From contig OZ242005.1 in assembly GCA_965204725.1 (NCBI GenBank), positions 3,360,001 through 3,424,000 of the forward strand: a stretch of DNA of 64,000 nt, given 5' to 3'. Source of the stretch: Candidatus Latescibacterota bacterium (GTDB lineage: Bacteria > Latescibacterota > UBA2968 > UBA8231). A program made the translations under genes and the position numbers. Below the pieces are notes generated by a model. It was not told the origin of the DNA, made no database searches, and saw only the letters and a program-made list of their open reading frames with translations. This document shows positions 56,112 to 64,000 of this stretch, one piece after another (position 1 is the stretch's first letter; every line of letters begins with the position of its first letter).

Positions 56112-56704
56112 TGGGGTGTGCAGCCGCTATCGTTTTGCAGCTTGGTGCTGCGGCGCGGTTCGCAGCCGATCACCTCACCGCGGCAATCGAGCGCGATAGC
56201 ACAGCAGCGCAGTATCGCCTGCTTCAGCTTAGAACGGCCGCGCTGGACGCGGGATTTCATGCCGGAAGTGGAAAGGCCGAGGCGAGCGGCAGCTTCTGCT
56301 TGGTTGAGACCGGCGATGTCTGTGAGCAGCAACGCTTCCGCATAAGATTCCGGCAGGTTGCGGATAACAGACGTCAGACACGCGGCGATTTCGGCGGCGT
56401 TGCTTGCATGGCCGGACGCACCGCCGTTCTGCTCGATTTCGGCGGCATATCGAGTCAACGCCCGGGCCTCCGCAGCGCGGCGACGATGGTGATCCGCGAT
56501 CGCGTTGGCCGCCACGCGAAACACCCAAGCGGCCGGCTCATCAGCAACGGCGAGCCGGTCCTGATGGCGGGCGAGCAGTAGCAGGATGTCGCCGACAACA
56601 TCGTCCACAGCACCCGCTTCAACGCGGCGACTCACATAGGCGTGTAAGCTCGTCTGGAAATCCCGCCAATGGTCCTCGCCGAGGTTCTGCGTCTCAGTGC
56701 TCAT
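56108..56704 (-). CDS. sigZ: ECF sigma factor, SigZ-like
   Basis: WVFRVAANAIADHHR, LPESYAEAL, SGMKSRVQRGR, CC-containing tail. Confidence 0.85.
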   Translation of the reverse strand: MSTETQNLGEDHWRDFQTSLHAYVSRRVEAGAVDDVVGDILLLLARHQDRLAVADEPAAWVFRVAANAIADHHRRRAAEARALTRYAAEIEQNGGASGHASNAAEIAACLTSVIRNLPESYAEALLLTDIAGLNQAEAAARLGLSTSGMKSRVQRGRSKLKQAILRCCAIALDCRGEVIGCEPRRSTKLQNDSGCTPH

Positions 56705-57120
56705 GCACAGCAGCTATCTTCTTCGCCAGAATCGCGGGGGGAGCAGGCACGCTCCACCGGCTGGTCATCGACAATGCGATACCACTCCCAACGCAAGCCT
56801 TGCGGATCGCTCGACCAGACTTTGTTTTGCGTCGCGTGGCAGCAGGTTTCGTCGCGTTGCACTTGGGTCAAAATGCCCGCGTTCCGCAGGCGTTGCTCGG
56901 CGTCGACCACCTCGGCTTCTGCAAACGCTTCGACGCCTAGGTGGTTGAGGCGTTCTGCCGCCTCTGGATCTTCAAATAACACCAACTTCAACGGCGGCTG
57001 ATCGATGGCAAAGTTGGCATAACCGGGGTGCCGCTTGTGAGGCTCGGCGTTGAAAAGTTCGCCGTAATAAGCGACGGCTTCGTCCAAATCGCGGACGTTC
57101 AGGGCCAATTGCAAGCGCAT
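56701..57120 (-). CDS. ArsI/CadI family VOC metalloenzyme
   Basis: QLALNV.DLDEAV, GYANFAI, LNHLGVE, TCCHATQNKVW..DP.G..WEWY. Confidence 0.9.
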   Translation of the reverse strand: MRLQLALNVRDLDEAVAYYGELFNAEPHKRHPGYANFAIDQPPLKLVLFEDPEAAERLNHLGVEAFAEAEVVDAEQRLRNAGILTQVQRDETCCHATQNKVWSSDPQGLRWEWYRIVDDQPVERACSPRDSGEEDSCCA

Positions 57121-57149
57121 AACTCGCTCCTTTCATATTTTCTGTACTC

Positions 57150-57183
57150 AGTAAGACGCAAGCCACCTAAAAAAGACGCAAAA
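57150..57183 (-). promoter_or_regulatory. Putative ECF (SigZ) autoregulated promoter
   Basis: Minus strand TTGCGTCTT repeated twice 20 bp apart; the downstream copy supplies a CGTC -10. Confidence 0.6.
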
Positions 57184-57229
57184 AATTCTGTCTGATCGCA
57201 ATGCGCCGATATACCTTTCACCCGACCGC

Positions 57230-58381
57230 ATGGAGCCGATTGTGAAAATCGCGACCATCCAACTCTCGGTTTTCGAGCTTCCAGCGACCACTTCCCTCTT
57301 CGATCTAGAGCGCGTCCCCTACGGCCATCGCACCCGCTGGCAGCCCCGCGGCCACCGCCGCGCCGAGGCCCCCATCCACGTGCTACACGTGCTGACCGCC
57401 GAAGGCTTGGAGGGCATCTGCACCGTCGGCGACGCCCGCTACCAGACCATGCGCCGCGAGGAATTGGAGGCTCTGCGAATCATGGCCATCGGCCGCGACC
57501 CGCTCGATCGCGAGCGACTCGACGACAAGTTGCGTTGGGCTACCCGCTCGCTGTTTTCGCGCCCGGGCTGGCACGGGGCTTTCGACAATTGCCTCTGGGA
57601 CATCGCCGGGCAAGCGGCCTCCCTCCCCGTCCACGCTCTGATCGGCCGAGCGCGGCCGCGTTGCCGGGCCTATTACAACTTCCCTTCCGGCAGTCTCGAC
57701 GCCGCCCTAGAAGGGGCCGACCAAGCACTCGCATCGGGCTTTGTCGCGCTCAAAGATCACTGGTCTGGCTCCCCCGACACCAATATCGCGTGGTCGCGTA
57801 CTATCCGCGACCACGTCGGCCCGGACGTCGATCTATTGCACGACGCGGCTGGCAGCCCCTACAGTCTGCGCGAAGCACTGCGCGTTGGCCGTGCGCTAGA
57901 GGAACTCAACTACGGCTGGTTTGAGGAGGCGATTTCCGACCGCGACCTCCAAGGATTGCAAACGCTCTGCGCCCAGCTCGACATACCAGTCATGGCCCTG
58001 GAGACCTTGATGCACGACTATGAACTCTGTACCGCTTGGGTCCGCGCCAATGCCACGGATCTCGTCCGCGCCAATGCCCGCCACGGCACCACAGCCACGC
58101 TCAAACTCGCCGCGCTGGCGACCGCCCACCGCACCACCATCGAACTCAACGGCCCGGGCGGCCTTTTTGGCCTAGTCCACGCTCATCTAGTCTGCGCCCT
58201 GCAAAACACCACGTACTACGAGTATTTCCCCGGTGGCAGCCGCGACGAGATCGGCCACGAGATCGGCCTGCTCAATCCCCCACTTCCCGTCAATGGCCAC
58301 ATCGCGCCGCCGGCTGGTCCCGGCTGGGGAGCGGAGTGGGACCGGGCTTATTTTGCCAAAAAGCGCGTGGCCGAATGGTAA
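57230..58381 (+). CDS. Mandelate racemase-like enolase-superfamily enzyme
   Basis: DNCLWDIAG, LHDA, WFEE, ALET, PGWG. Confidence 0.88.
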   Translation: MEPIVKIATIQLSVFELPATTSLFDLERVPYGHRTRWQPRGHRRAEAPIHVLHVLTAEGLEGICTVGDARYQTMRREELEALRIMAIGRDPLDRERLDDKLRWATRSLFSRPGWHGAFDNCLWDIAGQAASLPVHALIGRARPRCRAYYNFPSGSLDAALEGADQALASGFVALKDHWSGSPDTNIAWSRTIRDHVGPDVDLLHDAAGSPYSLREALRVGRALEELNYGWFEEAISDRDLQGLQTLCAQLDIPVMALETLMHDYELCTAWVRANATDLVRANARHGTTATLKLAALATAHRTTIELNGPGGLFGLVHAHLVCALQNTTYYEYFPGGSRDEIGHEIGLLNPPLPVNGHIAPPAGPGWGAEWDRAYFAKKRVAEW

Positions 58382-58387
58382 GCTGCC

Positions 58388-59848
58388 ATGAAAATTCGGT
58401 CTAAATTTCAACGATTGATCATGGTGCTGCTCCACAGGGCACCGCTACCTCTGTTCGTGATTACACTAGTGTTAGCGGCGTTCTTAGGGGGCGTATATGT
58501 CAGCACAAAAAAAGTGTTTCCGTACGATCTTTTAAGAGATGCCCATAGGGCCGGTGAAACGCTGTACGCTTTGTATAAGGAGCATGAGGAGGGTAAGCCT
58601 TGGTTACTTAGATCCGCGGATATCAGCCCCGATAGTTTGGCAGCGCGTCGCTTTGAATTCATCGGGGCTGATGAACTCGCCGATCCGATCCTCGTTATGG
58701 GAGGTCTGGATTACTTCGCCGAGTATTGTCCCAGCGCCAGAGGGTGCCTCGCGGTCGAGTACGACAGCCGAGGGGAAGTGCGGCATGCCTACCCGTACCA
58801 CCCCGATAAGTTAGAGACCGCGCCGCTCCTCAGCGACTTTCCTCATGAGCAGTTTGGGGCCTCGTTTGTTCCTTATGCTCACCCAGTAGGTGCATCCACC
58901 TACTCAAACGGCGACCTGTTAGCTGTTTTCCACTTCCGCCATAGCTTTCCATTCGCCGGCGGCGTGGCGCGGATCAATCGCCATGGTCAAGTAATCTGGT
59001 TCCGCCGCGACTATAGCCATCATATACCGTATATGACCGATGGCGATATTGCGCTGGTCCCAAGTCTGAGGGTTGGCGAAGGACCTATCGAGATCAAGCT
59101 CAAAAACAACCGAACATTTGCACATACTGTAACGTTCCCTTTTAGAAGAGCAAGAACGTTCTATAACGATTTCGTCCACGTCATTGACGGGAACGGGCAG
59201 CTTCTCAATGCTATTTCCGTGCTCGACGCGATCCTCGAATCCCCGTTTGTACCGTCGCTGCGTTTCGCGCATATCCGCGACCCAACGCATCTCAACTTTG
59301 TCCACCAACTGCGGGAAGACGCCGGCGGCGCAGCCGGTATTGCACCGGGCGACCTCGTGGTTTCTCTGCGAGATTTAGACGCATTCGGCATTCTAGACGG
59401 CACAAGCCATCAGTTGAAAAGGTTCGTGCGCGGCAGCTTTTTTCGCCAACACAGCGTCATGCATCTCGAAGGTGCCAAGTTCCTCATGTTCGACAACTGG
59501 GGCGGCGATGGGGTGCATGGCCCCTCTCGCTTGCTCATGGTCAATCTGGCCAATGGCGAGGAGACCACCATCTTTCCAAACGACACGACGCCCGAACATC
59601 TGCGAGACATGTTTTCTGAAGCTATCGGGCTTATCTCCATTTCTCCAGACCGCCGCCGGGTTATCGTTACATACCACGCCGAAGGCACGGCGGTTGAAGT
59701 TCGGCTTGCCGACGGCGCGGTGCTCGCCGTGTTCACCAACTTACACGACATGTCGCATTTGGATTCGTTCGCCGAAAGAAAAAAGGCTATCGTTGTAATC
59801 CCGTTGATGTGCGTAAAATACATTGACAACAATACGCCGACGGGCTAA
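58388..59848 (+). CDS. Arylsulfotransferase (ASST) family protein, membrane-anchored
   Basis: YSHH, HLN, VVSLRDLD, RQHSV, MFDN; N-terminal TM segment. Confidence 0.78.
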   Translation: MKIRSKFQRLIMVLLHRAPLPLFVITLVLAAFLGGVYVSTKKVFPYDLLRDAHRAGETLYALYKEHEEGKPWLLRSADISPDSLAARRFEFIGADELADPILVMGGLDYFAEYCPSARGCLAVEYDSRGEVRHAYPYHPDKLETAPLLSDFPHEQFGASFVPYAHPVGASTYSNGDLLAVFHFRHSFPFAGGVARINRHGQVIWFRRDYSHHIPYMTDGDIALVPSLRVGEGPIEIKLKNNRTFAHTVTFPFRRARTFYNDFVHVIDGNGQLLNAISVLDAILESPFVPSLRFAHIRDPTHLNFVHQLREDAGGAAGIAPGDLVVSLRDLDAFGILDGTSHQLKRFVRGSFFRQHSVMHLEGAKFLMFDNWGGDGVHGPSRLLMVNLANGEETTIFPNDTTPEHLRDMFSEAIGLISISPDRRRVIVTYHAEGTAVEVRLADGAVLAVFTNLHDMSHLDSFAERKKAIVVIPLMCVKYIDNNTPTG

Positions 59849-59850
59849 CC

Positions 59851-60936
59851 ATGCAATTCCAAGATCGGTATTCCAAGCTGGACCGGCTCCTGCATCGCTG
59901 GGCCTTTTCCGCGATTGAAATACAAAAGGCCCTAGCCGATATTGAGGCCCGCCTCTACGCCCGGCACTTGGATGGCATTGAAATTGACCGGCCACTATTT
60001 ATCACCGCGCTTCCCCGGGCGGGGACCACGCTCCTGCTGGAAACGCTTGGTTCCCTAGAGGTATTCGCCACGCATACCTATCGGAACATGCCGTTTTTGC
60101 TCATTCCGCTCCTGTGGAACGCCCTTTCGCGCCGCTTTCGCGCACCCGATGCGGTTGTCGAGCGCGCTCACGGCGACGGCATGACCATCGGCTTTGACAG
60201 CCCCGAGGCGTTTGAAGAAGTCGTGTGGCGTGCGTTTTGGCCTGAGAAATACCTCGACGATCGCATCGCTACATGGACAGCGACCGACGAGGATGTTCAT
60301 CGGGAGTTCGGGCCGTTCATCAAGTCCCACCTCGCTAAGATGATCGCCCTGAGAGCGGAGACAAAACCGGAGGCGGTGCGCTATCTCTCGAAAAACAACG
60401 CCAACATATCCCGCATTGCCAAAATCGTTCAGTTGTTTCCCGATGCCCTCATCCTCGTCCCGTTCCGCAATCCCCTCGACCACGCCGCCGCCCTGTTGCG
60501 GCAGCATCTCAACTTCCTGAAAATACACGCCGCCGAGCCTTTTACTCGGCGGTACATGGCGGACATCGGCCACTTCGACCTAGGAGCGAACCTCCGTCCG
60601 GTTGATTTTGGTCACTGGTTGAGCCGGGAGTATTCCCAGCTCACGCATACCGCGGGCTTTTGGCTCAACTATTGGTGCGCGGCCTACGCCCATATCCTCG
60701 CCAATCCCGGCCCCAACCTCCTACTCGTCAGCTACGATTCGCTTTGCGCCAATCCCGGCCCGACCCTGCGGCGCATCGGCGACGCGATAGGCATTGATAA
60801 CCCAACAGACTTGGTCGCCCTCGGCGGCCGATTTCGCCCGCCGACCCGCTACGATGCCGATGCATTGAACATCGATCAAAGCCTGCTCACCACGGCCTCC
60901 GAACTTCACCGCGAATTGCAAAACCGTTCTATATGA
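59851..60936 (+). CDS. PAPS-dependent sulfotransferase family protein
   Basis: FITALPRAGTTLL P-loop, YLSKNN, FRNPLDHA, VSYDSLCANP. Confidence 0.9.
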   Translation: MQFQDRYSKLDRLLHRWAFSAIEIQKALADIEARLYARHLDGIEIDRPLFITALPRAGTTLLLETLGSLEVFATHTYRNMPFLLIPLLWNALSRRFRAPDAVVERAHGDGMTIGFDSPEAFEEVVWRAFWPEKYLDDRIATWTATDEDVHREFGPFIKSHLAKMIALRAETKPEAVRYLSKNNANISRIAKIVQLFPDALILVPFRNPLDHAAALLRQHLNFLKIHAAEPFTRRYMADIGHFDLGANLRPVDFGHWLSREYSQLTHTAGFWLNYWCAAYAHILANPGPNLLLVSYDSLCANPGPTLRRIGDAIGIDNPTDLVALGGRFRPPTRYDADALNIDQSLLTTASELHRELQNRSI

Positions 60937-60966
60937 GCGTATTGCGAAGCGTCGGTAAAGCCGAGT

Positions 60967-63351
60967 TTAGTAGGCCACGCTGATGATGCGGTGCCGGCTC
61001 GCGGCCCCGGCTTGGGCATCCACCTCCACTCGGCACAGGTACGAACCGGGGGGGACTAGGCGCTCGTCTTGGTCTTGGCCGCTCCAAGTGTAGCGGTAGG
61101 ACTGGTCGGGCTGGCGCTGGCCCGCAAGGGCGCGGACGAGCCGACCGCCGAGGGTGTAGATCTGCACTTGAACGGGTGCGTCCGTCTTTAGAATGTGGAA
61201 GCGGATTTCTGCCGAGTCGCCGATTCCGTCCCCGTTGGGGCTGATGAACGCTTGCACCGAAAGGTTGGCGATTAGCTGCTCGGTGTCTGGGACGCTGGGC
61301 AGATAGACGGTCGTGGCGGCGCGGCGCACCGGATCAACCGGCTGCCAGACCCCTAGCTGCCGCTCGTGGCCGACGAAGGCCCGGAAGAGGGCGGCGTTGC
61401 GCTCGACAACCGCGCTGAACGCCAGCGCGACTTCCTCGCGCCGCACCGTGCGATTGAGCTCCACGAGCAGCGAATCGCCGGCAACGCGCACCGCGGCCGG
61501 CTCGGCTTCGGTGCCATCTATGGTGAGGACGAGCGCGTCGGGGTCGGCGGGCGAGGGCGTTTGCAGGAGGATGCGGTCAAACCCCGGGTTGAGCCGCTCT
61601 AAGGTCGGCGTAATGCGGAAGGAGAAGCGCTGAGCCACGCCCGCCTCGGCCGTGCGCGGCAACACCTCGCCGGTGACCTCGGCGAGGAAGGCGTCGGTAA
61701 ATTCGATCTCTAAGGCGCGCACGGTCGGCGCAGTGGTCGGGCGGTCTGAACTGAGGATGAGCTGAACTTGGACGAAGCGACGTGGGCTGGGGGAGAGGAA
61801 CTGCTCGCCGGAGCGCTGGTAAAAGTTGCTCCACTCGCTCCAGTCCTCGCCAATGCCGATGGTGCTCTGGGTTTCGCCCCGCAGTGCCTTCGGCATCTGG
61901 TCGTACTGCTCGGCCGTTACTTCGGTGCCGTCCTTGCGGAAGTAGCGAAAATTTTCTTGCAGCGCGTTGCCCGAGCGAGTGCGCGCCTGAATGCGAGCAC
62001 CCGGGGGCAAGTCGGCTTCCCAGCGCAGGGACTTGATCACCTTTGCCCGGTTGTCGCCGGCGATTTCCCCCAAGTCGATGAAGTCCGAATTCATTTCCAC
62101 TTGGGCCACATGGCCCACCGCAAACACCAGCGTCTCGATCAAAAACCCGCTCTGGAACTCAAAGCTCGACTGCGCCCCGCCGCCGCCGACCCATTCGGCG
62201 GCGATGAAGCGGACGGGGCGCGGCTCAAAAAGATACGTCAACTGGCCGGGGAACTCGGTCGAGGACGCGAGCAAGGCCGCCGCGTCGCCGATGAAGAGTT
62301 GCTCGAAATCGACTTCGCCCGTCAGGGTGCGGCGACCATTGGAAACGCTCAAGCTATGGGTGCGAATCTGCGGCAGATTGGAGCCGTAGGTCAGAGTGCG
62401 GAGGAGAAAGTCCGAAGTGCGCATCACGATTCGATCCACCCAAAACAGCGCACCCAAATCCCAGTCCCAAGCGATGGGGTCTTGACCGCGCTCCCGCCGT
62501 GCGCCCCAATCGGTATTGGCGTTGCCGTCGGCCATATTGAAGGCAAATCCCCGGCCCGCGCGCTCCTGAATTGTGCCGCCGCGCGCTAGGGTCTGCAAGG
62601 CGATATTTTCTCCGAGCGTATATACTTCTACCTCGGCGAGGGCCGCGTCCGGCGTCTTGGCGTCGACCAAAATCCTTATGTATTGCAGCAGATCATAAGT
62701 AGTATCCGCAGGGGCCTCCTCGCGGCGGCCCCACGCCCGCGTCGCTTCCCGCACCAGCGGCTTTACATCGTACGTCACCACGGTCTCGTCAATGGGCTTG
62801 GTCGTGCCGCCTATTAGGTGAAAGGAGAATATGTCTCGGCGCGTCACGCGGCGGCCCTCAGAGCCGAAAACGCGGAATTCGCGGAAGGGCCGCGCCCCCT
62901 CTTGATCGGGGAAAATGAGGCGAATCTCCGACACGAGTACGGCCCGGCCGAGGTTGATCTCGATCCACCAGTCGTCTAAGGGGGCGTCCGGGTCGGGTTG
63001 CCAGAAGGTATGGGCGCGGCCATCTATGGCCCGGCCGGCCGTTGCGAGGTTGGAGCCGGCCTTCCACGCGCCGCCGCGCCGCTCTTGGCCGCTCACCAGC
63101 TCGTGGGTGAACTCGCCAGCGTTGGCCGCGGCGTTGTGCGTCCCCTTGAATTCGACCGGGGTCACCGACCCGTCCGGGGAAAATGCGAGCGTACCGGCCG
63201 GAAAGGTCCACTGCTGCCACTCGGCTTTGCGATCCACTCGGTACACGGATAAATCGGCGCGCTGAGTCTGGGCGTATGCCGCCAGCACGAGGGCCGCCAA
63301 ACCCAAGCCCGCGAATAGGAGGAACGTTTGGTGCGAGCGAACGCGCTGCAT
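60967..63351 (-). CDS. Secreted protein with discoidin-like domains and FlgD-Ig/T9SS-B-like C-terminus
   Basis: Signal peptide; AIDG..TFWQP..IEINLG; ISPNGDG..IYTLGGRLVR..YTWSGQD..VPPGSY; start 63351 or 63381. Confidence 0.8.
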   Translation of the reverse strand: MQRVRSHQTFLLFAGLGLAALVLAAYAQTQRADLSVYRVDRKAEWQQWTFPAGTLAFSPDGSVTPVEFKGTHNAAANAGEFTHELVSGQERRGGAWKAGSNLATAGRAIDGRAHTFWQPDPDAPLDDWWIEINLGRAVLVSEIRLIFPDQEGARPFREFRVFGSEGRRVTRRDIFSFHLIGGTTKPIDETVVTYDVKPLVREATRAWGRREEAPADTTYDLLQYIRILVDAKTPDAALAEVEVYTLGENIALQTLARGGTIQERAGRGFAFNMADGNANTDWGARRERGQDPIAWDWDLGALFWVDRIVMRTSDFLLRTLTYGSNLPQIRTHSLSVSNGRRTLTGEVDFEQLFIGDAAALLASSTEFPGQLTYLFEPRPVRFIAAEWVGGGGAQSSFEFQSGFLIETLVFAVGHVAQVEMNSDFIDLGEIAGDNRAKVIKSLRWEADLPPGARIQARTRSGNALQENFRYFRKDGTEVTAEQYDQMPKALRGETQSTIGIGEDWSEWSNFYQRSGEQFLSPSPRRFVQVQLILSSDRPTTAPTVRALEIEFTDAFLAEVTGEVLPRTAEAGVAQRFSFRITPTLERLNPGFDRILLQTPSPADPDALVLTIDGTEAEPAAVRVAGDSLLVELNRTVRREEVALAFSAVVERNAALFRAFVGHERQLGVWQPVDPVRRAATTVYLPSVPDTEQLIANLSVQAFISPNGDGIGDSAEIRFHILKTDAPVQVQIYTLGGRLVRALAGQRQPDQSYRYTWSGQDQDERLVPPGSYLCRVEVDAQAGAASRHRIISVAY

Positions 63352-63370
63352 GGTCTGCTCCTTTTTTACC

Positions 63371-64000
63371 TTAGTACGCAACGCCCACCACGCCGAGGCG
63401 CGTGAAGCGCGCCCGCTCGGCGTCGGCGGTCACTTGGGCGAGGTACAGCCCCACGGGAACCGGGTTGCCGCGATCGTCGCGGCCGTCCCACTCCCAAGCA
63501 AAAGAGCCGCTGCCTCGCGCACCCACAAACAAGGTGTGCACCCGCTGGCCGCCAACCGAGAAAATTCGCACTGCCAACTGTACGGGCTGCTGGAGCTGGA
63601 CCAAGGTACAGGAAATGCGGACGCGCTCGTTGATCCCATCGCCATTGGGCGTCACCGTGGCCGGCTGCACCGCGAAAAACGGGAGCAGATTGCGGCCCGA
63701 AGCGGCCGTGGTCAGCACTCGTAGGTCGTTGGTCAAGACCGCGGGGTTGGCGTCCCCGGGCAGGACCTGTTGCGGGGACTCGTCGCTTTGGGTGTCGAAG
63801 ACTCGGGCGCGAAAGAACGTAGATTGGACGAAGACCTCGGCGTTAAAAACGACGCGCAACGCACTCGGGGATTGATGGGTCAGCCGTTGACTGGGGAAGA
63901 ATAGCTTGAGGCTCCGCTCGCCCTCAACGACGCTGTCGGGCGCGGTGGCAACCGGCGGATCGCCCGCGAACATCTCCGCAAACTGCGGCCTAGCGGGCGT
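63371..64000 (-). CDS. C-terminal part of a paralogous FlgD-Ig domain protein (start outside window)
   Basis: VTPNGDGINE..IFSVGGQRV..WDGRDDRGNPVPVGLY; ends VAY like its neighbour. Confidence 0.8.
   Translation of the reverse strand, partial: TPARPQFAEMFAGDPPVATAPDSVVEGERSLKLFFPSQRLTHQSPSALRVVFNAEVFVQSTFFRARVFDTQSDESPQQVLPGDANPAVLTNDLRVLTTAASGRNLLPFFAVQPATVTPNGDGINERVRISCTLVQLQQPVQLAVRIFSVGGQRVHTLFVGARGSGSFAWEWDGRDDRGNPVPVGLYLAQVTADAERARFTRLGVVGVAY

Overview
High-GC bacterial chromosomal window of about 50 genes. No rRNA, tRNA, CRISPR array or intact transposase was recognised. The many FlgD/T9SS-like C-terminal domains, WD40/PD40 repeat proteins, enolase-superfamily and SDR paralogues, a collagenase and sulfotransferases suggest an FCB-group organism such as a Latescibacterota-like marine host symbiont (inference). 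Core genes: aceE-aceF(frameshifted)-lpdA, slt, mutY with an intact Nudix box, rsmD, eukaryote-type hisA and solA. Highlights: (1) two secreted zinc proteases with unrelated cores share closely similar 5' leader and 3' sorting-domain DNA that extends into non-coding flanks, which looks like a swappable-core cassette system; (2) a 1465-aa nicalin/nicastrin-like M28-FtsX fusion lies near a DUF6785/6784-type membrane protein; (3) a small AT-rich GIY-YIG gene abuts a REPIN-like inverted repeat pair; (4) two ABC-ATPase + TOPRIM-like defence pairs are present, one with its partner reduced to a 10-codon stub; (5) several decayed toxin-antitoxin remnants sit in intergenic gaps. All family calls come from motif recognition by eye, with no database searches.
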